A DNA stretch of 60,000 bases. Origin: Botryllus schlosseri. Its lineage: Eukaryota. The stretch is taken from contig CM119371.1 in assembly GCA_051294905.1 (NCBI GenBank), positions 21,950,001-22,010,000 of the forward strand. Direction: 5' to 3'. The notes beneath the pieces were generated by a model. It saw only the letters and a list, made by a program, of their open reading frames with translations, searched no databases and was not told where the DNA came from. Of the stretch, positions 39,532 through 51,076 are shown in pieces; position 1 is the first letter of the stretch; the number at the start of each line of letters is the position of its first letter. Made by a program: the position numbers and the translations under genes.

Positions 39532-40662
39532 TTATTTTCCGCAGATCTGACACTCATAGTTTTTACGCCCAGTATGTGTATTTCCATGTGCTTTCAAGTC
39601 ACCAAGTTGGCTAAACGCTTTTCCGCAGATTTCACATCGATAGCTTTTGACTCCAGTATGTATATTTGCATGTCTTTTCAAGTTACCAAGTAGGGTAAAC
39701 GCTTTACCGCAGACCTGACACTCATAGTTTTTACCTCCAACATGTGCATTTCCATGTACTTTCAAGACACCAAGTCGGGTAAACGCTTTTCCGCAGATCT
39801 GACATTCATATTGCTTGACTCCGGTATGTGTGGGAACATGTGTTTTCAAGTGGCCTGGCAGCCTGAACGCTTTTCCGCAGATTTGACATAGATAGTTTTT
39901 GACTCCAGTATGTGTATATCCATGTACTTTCAAGACACCAAGTCGGGTAAACGCTTTTCCGCAGATCTGACATTCATATTGCTTGACTCCGGTATGTGTG
40001 GGAACATGTGTTTTCAAGTGGCCTGGCAGCCTGAACGCTTTTCCGCAGATTTGACATAGATAGTTTTTGACTCCAGTATGTGTATTTCCATGTGATTTCA
40101 AGTCACCAAGCCGCGTGAACGCTTTGCCGCAGATCTGACATGCATAGCTTTTAACTTCGGTATGTATATGTCTATGTCTTTTCAGATAATAAAACTGGCT
40201 AAACGCTTTTCCGCAAATCTGACAAGAATAGTTTCTGACTCCGGTATGTGTATTTCCATGTGATTTCAAGTTACCAAGCCGGTTAAACCCTTTTCCACAG
40301 ATCTGACACTCATAGCATTTTACTCCAGTATGTGTATTTTCATGTCTCCTAAAGTCACTAAGCCGGGTAAACGCTTTTCCACAGATCTCACACTCATAGT
40401 TTTTTACTCCTCCAGTATGTGTATTTTCATGTCTTTTAAAGTCACCAAGCAGGGTGAACGCTTTTCCACAGATCTCACACTCGTAGTTTTCTACTCCAGT
40501 ATGTGTATTTTCATGTCTTTTAAAGTCACCAAGCCGGGTAAATGCTTTTCCACAGATCTCACATTCATTATTTCTTTCTTCAAGGTGTAATTGCAGGTGA
40601 CTTTTCAATCTGTCATGATAATGGAAGTTCTTTCCACAGATCCAACACATATCCCTTGTCAT
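39532..40662 (-). CDS. Tandem C2H2 zinc-finger protein paralog, 13 intact fingers, no effector domain in ORF
   Basis: 376-aa ORF with 13 complete fingers and TGVKNY-type linkers. N-terminus and leader are homologous to 24605-25741. In-frame TAA 9 nt upstream. Candidate acceptor at 40754-40755. Confidence 0.92.
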   Translation of the reverse strand: MTRDMCWICGKNFHYHDRLKSHLQLHLEERNNECEICGKAFTRLGDFKRHENTHTGVENYECEICGKAFTLLGDFKRHENTHTGGVKNYECEICGKAFTRLSDFRRHENTHTGVKCYECQICGKGFNRLGNLKSHGNTHTGVRNYSCQICGKAFSQFYYLKRHRHIHTEVKSYACQICGKAFTRLGDLKSHGNTHTGVKNYLCQICGKAFRLPGHLKTHVPTHTGVKQYECQICGKAFTRLGVLKVHGYTHTGVKNYLCQICGKAFRLPGHLKTHVPTHTGVKQYECQICGKAFTRLGVLKVHGNAHVGGKNYECQVCGKAFTLLGNLKRHANIHTGVKSYRCEICGKAFSQLGDLKAHGNTHTGRKNYECQICGK

Positions 40663-41236
40663 TATTCTGGATTATCCTTGAACTACTTCTTCGAGTACAC
40701 ACATCAACCGTTTCGTGATTGAAAATAAATATTCAACAATAGCTTTGAATGAACTATCACAACGTATCAGAATCCTTTTATAGCAATCCAGTCTGAAGCA
40801 CAAAGAAAAAAGCGGTTAAGTTTGAAAAATTACAAAATCCAACACCTCACTTTCACAGAACTTTGTCTTAAAAATGAACAGAAGAAAAGTAAAATGCTCA
40901 ACATATGTACCCTATCTATAATATGTAGGCCTATATATTGACAGACAGCAATATTGCGGAATCACTAAAGACAAAATAAATGACTGCCGACCAATAGTCA
41001 ATATGCTAAGCGATCGAAAATTACCAGCATACAGTAACAACAATTCAACAAGGGTTGTTCATATGTTTGGCTTGTAGTCATCACGACCTAGAATGCAATG
41101 GCCACAATTTTCAATTTATTATGAAAGAAATATCCAACCAATCCACAAGCTCAAGCGTTAATTGGTCTTCACCATCTCCAAACACCAAAAATACTACACT
41201 ATCTTGGCAGACAGTAGATATCATATTGATTTAGAA

Positions 41237-42608
41237 CAGTGGTTCTCAACCTTTTTTGACACGCGCCCCCCTTGGAGATGGTCAAAAAAATCGCGCCCCC
41301 CCTGACACCCCTTGCATTTATCGTCATGTCAAAAAGAGCACATCATCTAATACAGAGGTGGGCAACGTTTTTGATAATCATGGCCGCATTTCGATTACTT
41401 ATGTAGCCTAAGGCCGCATTCCAGGGCATATAGCCGCAATGAACGATCTGGACGCAAAATTCCTATGGTAAACTGTCCATATCCATTCCCGATGAACTCC
41501 AGACTATTTTACTTTTCACAATGGCCTATTGTACGCACCAAAATCGCGAGTGGCAATGTTATGAATAGTTGCCGGGAGGTGCATATTGTCGCGCTGAGCG
41601 CGAAAATTTTTCAGGGCCGCGAACGAATTGTTATTTCTTGCCAATTCCCATTCCGGCTCAGATTAAGAAGGGCGCTACTGCATTAAAATCGAACAATGAA
41701 GTCTTGTTGAATTGCGCGGAGGGCGGAGAAAATTTCCAGATTAATTAAAATCTCTCGAAAATGCGGGAGTGAATTCGTAATTGCAATTTGCATGTCTACG
41801 GCCGCCAACACATACTAATTGAATTAGGCGTCGACGGCCGCTCAAATTCCCTTCTACGGCCGCAGGCTGCCCACCTCTGATCTAATAGTATACATAAGGT
41901 ATATCTTACGCCAATTTTGAACCTGCATTCCGGTTGTTGAGTCTTTTACATTGCTGACAAATTTCTCCAAACTTTGTTTGAAAATAACAAAAAAAAACAT
42001 TGAAAAAGACATCCATTAATTAATTGCAAGGTAGGTCACCCTGAGACTAATCCTGATGCTGGTAGTGAGTACAGAGAGCAAGGCATCGTTCTGTCCTACC
42101 AGGCTAAATTTGATCAGTTTTGGAAATTAATTAAATTGTGTTGATTTATAGCCTAATTGAGGGCGAAACCGGGCAACCTATGTTGCATCTAAGTCTGTTT
42201 TAGGCAGTGCAGTTCCCACCTACTAACAAGAGCTGACCAGCGCGACAAGCTTTAGACTACTGTCAAAGCTATGAAGCAATGAATGACTTACACGTCGGAA
42301 TTGCTCTCTATATCTCCAAAGAATTTCAAAAATTTGCTCAAATGAAGTTGAAATCAGACTATACTCCGTTGAGCGCGGTTGCTAGAGTTTGTATTTTGCA
42401 AGCTTTCTTGAATATGGAATAAATTTCATCTTCATTAATCGTCTTCTCATAATGGATGTGAAACACATGTTCAGACACGTACAATTTATACTGACTTTGT
42501 CAATTTCTCGCGCCCCCCCCTATACTGACTTCGTCAATTTCTCGCGCCCCCCCTGAGAGCCTCCCGCGCCCCCCAAGGGGGGCGCGCCCCCCAGGTTGAG
42601 AACCCCTG
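41237..42608. mobile_element. Non-autonomous hAT (Buster-type) element
   Basis: TIR cagtggttctcaacct / aggttgagaacccctg. TSD ATTTAGAA at 41229-41236 and 42609-42616. Confidence 0.9.
41353..41879. mobile_element. Nested hAT MITE (same family as 56245-56931)
   Basis: TIR cagaggtgggca / tgcccacctctg. TSD ATCTAATA. ggccgca repeats. Confidence 0.9.
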
Positions 42609-42673
42609 ATTTAGAACAAAATTAATCCAGATCATGTGCTTGTGCAAAAACAGGCTGAACAATCGATATAGAC

Positions 42674-45600
42674 TAGTGATTCACAAGCGCGGTATCAAAA
42701 ATATATTAGGAAATCGATTTATGACAAAAAATAAAATTTATATTTATAAAATACTCTTGCTTGGCTTGGCGTCTGTAGTTTTTAATTATAGAATTGCAGG
42801 AAAGTTGTGAGTATAGATTGCTAACGTTACGTCACTGCTGTTTCAATGCAATGTGCCCTAAGTTTCCAGTTGAACGAGTAGTAGCTATAGATATAAATAG
42901 GTATTGATAACTTTCAAAACCGGAGGAAAATCCGAAAAAAATGGTAAATTTTCCTCACTTCGTGGTCGCTTGACGAAAAATGAAAAAGAGGCTCAACTCC
43001 CGGAATATACAGTTTTTCTTTCACATTAACAGGTGGTTGACTGAACAAAAAGGTGGACTTTCCGGTCCAGCTCCCAAAATAGCCGCCGTAGTGTTCCTAC
43101 AGTGCTGAATTAATGTATATCAGTCGAATTTGGCCCTATATGTAACCAAAATCCTCAAAATCTCAATAAAGAAGACATTTGGGCGTCCTCCGAGTACAAA
43201 TCAAAAAAGAGGACAAATCATCTTAAAAGAGGACGTATGGTAACCCTATGGTAACTAGATGTGCAGCACGTGACTCACGGTTGAATACTCCGAGATGCAT
43301 ACTGCATTGCCGGCTAAAAGCAGCATAATTGGTAGTCCTATAGTCAGGGCCGTAACTGCTGCACCCCAAACCCCCTAATTGAGGGGGCCGAGATCGAAGG
43401 GGGCCCAAAATTATTTCGTGAATTAGCATAAGTTATGGAGTATTTTTTGAAAATTTATGCAATGTTTTCAAAAATTTTTCGCGCTAGGCGCGACTTCAAT
43501 TCGCCAGTTCAATTTTATCGAACTGTCCAATCCGCCGGCAAGGTTGCGCTGATAACGAAAATGCAGACATGCCGCAAACCCACAATAATTACAATTACAG
43601 GGTGCGCTAGTCATATCAAAATAACCAGATTCGACAATGGCAACGAGCACAATTAGTTTAGACACGGGCATAAGTTTTAATCAAAAGATACATAAACCCA
43701 AACAATATTACACTCAGAGATTGTTACTGTTCGGCGAACGTGTTTCTGCGGACGGCAGCAGGCCTGCGCCCTGCATGCGGACGCGCTAAACCAAACCACC
43801 GACGATAGTGCACATGAGCTGTCGATGACTTATTCGCATACGAATTATGCTCGCTAATTTGCAGTACGCAGCATCGATAAAACGTAGGCCCCGATCAACC
43901 AGTCGAATTTGATCGTAATATGGTGCGCTATTATTATCCACGTGTTATTGCAGCAAGAGCAATATTGGCGCATGCCGCGATCTTATCAATAGAAATACAA
44001 ATCCCAAAGGTTTGAAATTCGATCCGCGATATGGTTGCGCACCAACTAATCGAATAAATTCAGAATTTGAGCCACCGAAAATCTTGTGTTGCATCAATAT
44101 TTTACAACGTAATTCGACGCCGTGCACTGCACAATGAGCTCAGTATCGATCACAAATAAAACACTGAAGAATGACACCGAGCGAATACGAGTATATAAAG
44201 CAGACAAGAATTAGTAGCCTACATATGATAGCAAACGAGAAAGCGTGCATCTAATCAGTAATTCCTCAACTTGCATACAACACAATGGGGTTCCGAGTCT
44301 GACATCGCGACAAATGTTTACTCATTATATCGACATTTGAGCTGCATTATTGCATTTTCCGATAAAAATTGACAAAGCCTTGTTAGAGTAGTGAATATGC
44401 GCACTTTGCGCAGGATTGATTTTCAGTTTGCAGGCGTACACAAACACGCTGTCCTATTTCGCGCTCCAAGCCTCCAATTAAAGAGACTATCACGGAAATA
44501 ACTCGAGAATTATTTCGTAAACGAATATGGGCGCAAATGCAATTTAACTAAAAGTGAATTTGCCTGTATGGCTGAGAGACAAGATGTTGTTTCTCAGCGC
44601 AAACATGTCGAAAACGACGTCGTAAACGAGGTTACTTCGATTGTATGATTAGTAATCACGGATTACAATCTACAACCGTCGCCGGCGAAGCTGCGTATTA
44701 AATCATTCCCGCGCGTATCGGTAAATGGTAAATAGTTGGCATTTACGTGATATCACGGACTCGCTAATTGACAGACCACGGGCGTTTAAGGATTTTGCAT
44801 GGGGTGGCCGCCATCCCATAAATGTGTCATGGCGCCTATGTTGGGTACTCTTCCCCAAGAAAAAATATGCAAGATTTATAGAAATGGGCATATCAGCGTT
44901 GGCCATGACCGCACCTATACGCACCAAGACATGTGACTCCAAGAAGTGTGCAGAACGATCAGCAGCGAGAAAGCCTTGGCCGTGAAGGACTGCTTTTACA
45001 TACACAGTACATATAGGTTTAATTGTCCATAAAGGCGCCTAAATGACTGGCGCCGAATGTTCTTGTCTTGGCAATCTGAACCTCACAAGACAAATACCAT
45101 CCCGCAGGAAAGAAATTATATGCCAGTGAAGAAATACCAATCTGAAATCGTGTGATCTTTCAGATTAGTAGGTTTCGGCAATTCTACATTTTTAAATATA
45201 GCAGACAGGAGGTCACGAAAAAACATCATGTAAAGAAGTAATACCTAGGGGTCCCCCCGTCCGAGGATGTTTAATTTTACGGGGTCTGCAGTTTAAAAGA
45301 CACCTCTCACTCAGCTATACCGGTAAATCTGATTACGTGGGCAAAGAGGACAACCATGCAATTCCCGATCTTATTCATAGATTTTATCATGAATTATCGA
45401 AATATTCGCGCGTCGCGCTGTCTCACTAAACAGTACAACTTTAATTTCGTGGCAAAAGCGAACAACGTGATGCGGGGTCAGTTCATCACCCTCTGGGAGC
45501 CCGGGGTCCTGACGAAGTGCTGTTACGTTCCTGCCAATGGGTATACTCCCAGAGATGTTTAATTACTATTGAGGGGGCCTACACCTTTTCAAACACATCT

Positions 45601-45953
45601 CACTCAGCGCTTATGCCGGTAAATCAGATTACGTGAACAGAGACAGGATGAAAATTGATAGCAATATATGCAATTCCCGATCATATTGACCGATTCAGTC
45701 ATGAAACTAAAGAAATTTCCCGCTTCGCGCATTTAGGCGAGTACAGCTGATTCACTCAATGCACACCCAATGCAGCAGATAAGTAGCGGTAAACAGTGTA
45801 CAGTTTTGAAATCTCGCCAGGGCAATAAAACTACTCAGAAATAGCCATGATCACTGTTTGGGTCCGTTCCATAGCCATAGTATTTGTGCGGCCCCGACCG
45901 TACTCTGAAATTCTAAATTTGTCCCTCACACCGAAAAAGTTTGGGAACCACTG
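42674..45953. mobile_element. 3.3-kb composite hAT (Buster-type) element, inverted homolog of 14917-16514 with extra cargo
   Basis: Ends tagtgattcacaagcgcgg / tttgggaaccactg. TSD ATATAGAC at 42666-42673 and 45954-45961. Confidence 0.8.
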
Positions 45954-46761
45954 ATATAGACAAAAACAGACTATATTTCATCTGCGTATCTTCACTGTTC
46001 GAGTGTTCGTATTTGAGCGAACCGCTGTGCTGTAATATGATCTGCCCGCACTTTCGTGATAACATCCTCTCTTTTGTAATTAAGGTCAAGATACCTCACT
46101 GTCTCTCTTTCTGCTGTTATCTTCACTTACGGGTTACAATGTTATGTTTAGTTGTACTTAGTTTTGTATATGCGAATGAAGAAGTAACAAACATGAGTAA
46201 GATTATCTGACAGTGGTAATATCTGCATTTGTGCATACATTTAACCTGATCAATGGGTTAGAACTAGGAACACCCTCTTCTTCAAAAAAAACCTCCCTTT
46301 TCTAAAGGTACGGTACCCCCCGTGTTTTTTTCGGCTAAATACGCCCCTGAGCGCGCCTCACGCCATTCAAACTTATCACTTTTAGACGAGACAAACAGTT
46401 TTTCTCCTGGGGTCGTAGGTGCTCGGCAAGAGTATCATTCATTCAATTGATAACTTTTGGGTAGCCGTAAAATGAGCCTTCTTGAGTGGCATTCTACAAA
46501 ATGTATCTTAGTTGAGTATGAGTATTCTCGTAGGAGCCACTTCGATTTAAATTCTTGCTTAGTAAATTCAAAAGACACAATATAAAATAGCATATATCAT
46601 GAACTTGTAAGAAAATATCTTATTTCTTCACAACTTTGTGTCTTTTCGAGCACTCTGCACAGATGCTTTACAGATCGACCATAAAAGCACCGAAACTACA
46701 AGCATTCAACAGCTAATCCTAATTCAGAGACATCTGCTGATTGGTAGGCTATAGGCTATGG

Positions 46762-47793
46762 CAGTGGTCGGGAACCTTTTTTATCCTAAGAGCCATATGG
46801 GCCCTATATTTTTAATCTGAACTCTCAAAGAGCCTTACATGCCAATCAACTGTTACGTCACAATTGAAAATTCGTGACGTCATGGTAGCACTAATTCGAA
46901 CTCACTATATGAGATTCCTCGTGTGCGCCATATATTCTCTGTAAAAACTGGTATTTAATGTTTCGAAAATGAAGCTCGAAACAAGAAGTAAGGCACAGAC
47001 GGGCCAAGCCTCACCATTGATAACGCAATTCATCATAAGTAGCTTGGAATTTATTAAAACCAGGGCAGGGCGATTTTTTACCTAAAAAACGGAAGATTTT
47101 TAATATTGACCTAATTTCGACTTTTTTAGACATGTCAAAAAAATCGCCCAAATTATAACTGATATTAGTCGAATGTGACTGTCACACTAATTCCGAAAAT
47201 ATAAATACATATCGACCTCTCAATTCTAAAAGTATTCTGTAACAACGTTGCGCCACACGCATACATGTTATCGCCGGTGCTACATATATCTATACTCACC
47301 AATCAAGAACGTGGATAGCTATGGCGTTGTTTGTAATTCGAGTTTGTAATTGTGAATGTCATATCCACAATTGTTCATTTAACGCCGTAGATCAGGAAAA
47401 CAACGTGTATCTGAAATCTGCGTTTGGAAATCGTCTTTGCTATGTCTGCTATGCTCTTTGATTAATTTACGTAACACACAATTCAATTTTTCGAGCAGTG
47501 TGCAGAGAATTATCGAGTAGCCTACTACATTGGCTGCCGCCGTGACCGTAACTTAAATTTGATGATTTTGAAAAGAGGGGGTCCGAGCCCCTAAACCTGA
47601 AGACGACATTGTCTTTACCTCTCAAATACATGTTTATACTGCCACGAGAATAATTATTTTGGGCGTGATGAAAATTTACCAACAAGTTGCTGCAATATTA
47701 ATCAATTCAGTACAAAATAAATATTTGGCAAAGAGCCATTTCTCACCCAAAAGAGCCATATATGGCTCGCGAGTCATAGGTTCCCGAACACTG
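46762..47793. mobile_element. Non-autonomous hAT element
   Basis: TIR cagtggtcgggaacct / aggttcccgaacactg with subterminal agagcca repeats. TSD not cleanly preserved. Confidence 0.75.
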
Positions 47794-50700
47794 CTATAGG
47801 GCCACGGGTCAGTATCAGTCACAATATAGCATTTAACAATAATATATGACATTTAAAGTCGCAATATTATCAGGGTTATTGCCATTGTTGGATCCTGTAG
47901 GACGTAGGTACCCAATTAGAATCATTTAAGGTTCATAAACTACGTTTCTGTCAGGCGACTCTATGCCCACCCCCTTCAGATGCTTTCCCGCCCCGAGTTT
48001 GAGAACCACTGACCTAATCCTTGGATTAAATCAACCGTTAGTGTATTTCCAAGGTTTTATACACATTTTTCGTTCATTTATCAATCGCACATATCAACAA
48101 TACCAACTAGCCTTCTATGAACTACTGGCTTTTCAAAATTGAGAAAATGGCAGCAAACTACCGATTTGAAAAACTCGCAACTAGAACAACTAATGACCTT
48201 CGAATATCCACAACTAAACCAAAACTAACTACATTCAATTCCAAAGCAACTATCGTACCACAACTAATTTCATTTTAACTGAATTGGATCAGCTTTAAAC
48301 ATGACTATCGTCAGTGCAAGTAGGCCTACACGTAGCCTAAAATGCATATCCAAAGCCAAAACTTCAGCACATGTATTTGAACACATTTACAGTTATTACA
48401 ATGCCTGGACAATTTGCACATGATCTAAACTAGAAAAGCTGCTTCCTGGATCCATTAATCTGGATGAAACATATCAAATCTCCAGTTTAGCATTTAGCTG
48501 CTTATAGTTCTGACTCACTAGTGGGCTACTGTGTGCTGTGACGATACACTATTTACCAATCTGGATTTTATCGTGTTAATGGGGAGCACTGATCGCCGAT
48601 GGCCATCGAAGTTTCATGGGAATCACAGTGGCTGATAATGTGAAATGTGATAATGTGGTGCTGTTTCGAAGTAATGAAATTAACAAAAAAACTGAACTAA
48701 TCTGCTTCGTTGAAGCTGCTGAGAAGTCATAAATAATGATTAACGGGGTGAACCGAAACCAGCCTACATTAGTGCTGCACTAATAACAACACCGATCAAG
48801 ATACTCATAATAGGCTATCATTAGAAACAAGACATATAGCTAAACTATTCGAAGATACAGCACTCATGAACAGGGTGGTGCGAAAAATCAAACAATTGCA
48901 ATTTGCATCTCAAGAAGTGGTCTTGATACATGGTGGGAAGTATCAAATGAAATACCTCTATCCATGGAGCCCAATAACTCATACCGGTACTTTTGATTTT
49001 ACTTGCTCCAATTAAATCCTACAGAAATATGTTGCTCTCCTCTCGACACGTTGTTTTGAAACAATCGGTGTGTGTGTGAGACATCAATAGTGTATTATTA
49101 TTATATGAACACACTAACAAGGTCAATTGCAATGTTTGAAGAAGAATTTCAAGTGTTTTCAGTGACCCGACCAGAGTGAAAGGTGCTTGCAATTGATTAA
49201 TTCAGAAACAATCAAATAGCTAGGATTGCTGGACAATGAAAGAGGCATGTTTAGTAAGCAGACAAACTAAAATATCATGAAATTCAGGTGATGTTCGAAT
49301 GCACAGTTCAACTAACCCTCTGGCTATATTGCCTGGGTACCCAAACTGTCACTATCAGAGCGGCCATGTCGGAATTAAAATATATTCAGATCCACTCATA
49401 TTGAGACACCACCACATACCAAGGAAAACCGACAAAAATGCTTGGAAACGGAATCAGTAAAATGATCAGACACAGGGTCGCAATTCTTATCGTTAGGTTA
49501 TGATACAATACACAGTATGGTACTTTGTTCGTTTAAACACAAGATGAGTGATTATGGTGACACAAAGTCGATTCATCCATTAACAGTCGACAATGAGCTC
49601 ATTCAAGGCCATGCCAGCATAATAGTCGCTTTTACTTTGGTACAATTGCATCAGTCTTGAACAGAACGATACAGAAAAGTTTTCTGCCAAGCTAAAAGCT
49701 TTTTTCTTCAATTACCTACTGTTTTGTAGAGTAAGCTACTTTTATCAGGTGAAAATAGCCGTTTCTCCCGTGAAAATTTACCGTAGCATTCTATTTCAAC
49801 CATGCTATTAATGTTTTACACAATATTATAGAAAACAGTAAAAATATTTCATAAAATGTTACGGTATTGATATACAATAAAACTAACTTGACTTTAGGTA
49901 GGCTATAACTCTTGCACGTTTCATGCGATCAGTGCCAATTACTGCAGTACTGCGCCGCTGTGATTCAGTAACTATAGAATAAAACAGTATTTTCAATGCG
50001 CTGTCTGTCGCCTGTAATTACACTACAATATATTTGATTCATCTGATCAATACTTGATCTATCCATGTGCATATAAAATACAGTTACCAGTCGGTTACAT
50101 GTGATTGATCGCAACATGAGAAAATTATTGGAATGATACTAGCATTTAAGACAATTCCTAGAATTTTTCTATGAACATGACTCTTGGCAACATGACTATC
50201 AATATTCATCAATAAAGTTCCACAGAATCCTGATAACGCTGACCCCGCTCTCATTTTAGCAGTGAAAGAGTCACTCAATACTCAGCCATTACTGTTACCA
50301 TAGTAATTTCGCCACTGTCGAATAAAAGTAGGTCATTTCCATTTCACACATTCCCAGAAAAATAACTTAACGCAAAATTATCGTTTACTTTCGGCCATAG
50401 CTGGACCATGATCAACTTTTAAACAATGAGACAAACATAAACATGGCCACAAAAATTGAAAATATTACAAACACTTGATTTCCTATCGATTTAAAAAAAA
50501 TGGATCTCAAAATTTGACAAATGGCCATAAGCTACTTTGATTCCACCACGACTTCACACGTTATAAAGTTATATGCTATGGCTATGCATGACTGTGAAAT
50601 ACATCAACAATGGCAAACCGAGGTGCTTGCAGTTGACGATATTATGATATTTAATATTTTAAATTTTGACTAGCTAGATCAGTGGTTCACAACCTTTGCG

Positions 50701-51076
50701 ACCGTCACGGAACCCCGCGGACCCCCTCACCTTTTAGTTCAAATTTAGCTCAATTATCATGCAATCGTTATTTGTCTTCTGTAAATATTACCTGCAGACT
50801 AGCGACAAACACTAACAAAATTACTTATATTGATGATAACATCATAGTATTTATGTAGAAGATGGGTCTACATTTTATATTTCAAAATGAATACCGAAAC
50901 TGCATTTTTTCAAATACGCGGTCATGTTGCTGTTGGTATTGTGTGAGGTATTCATGGTGTTTGTCTACTACTACAATGGTCATATACACTAGGCCAATAT
51001 TCCATATTTTTGATTCTGTAACAGCCGAATTGTAGCACGGCCTACTTCCAGGCTTTTGTATGACACCACGGATGAG

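Noticed and set aside
48870..49700. Possible decayed transposase after a cagggtgg terminus
   Set aside because: No convincing motif or partner TIR could be read.
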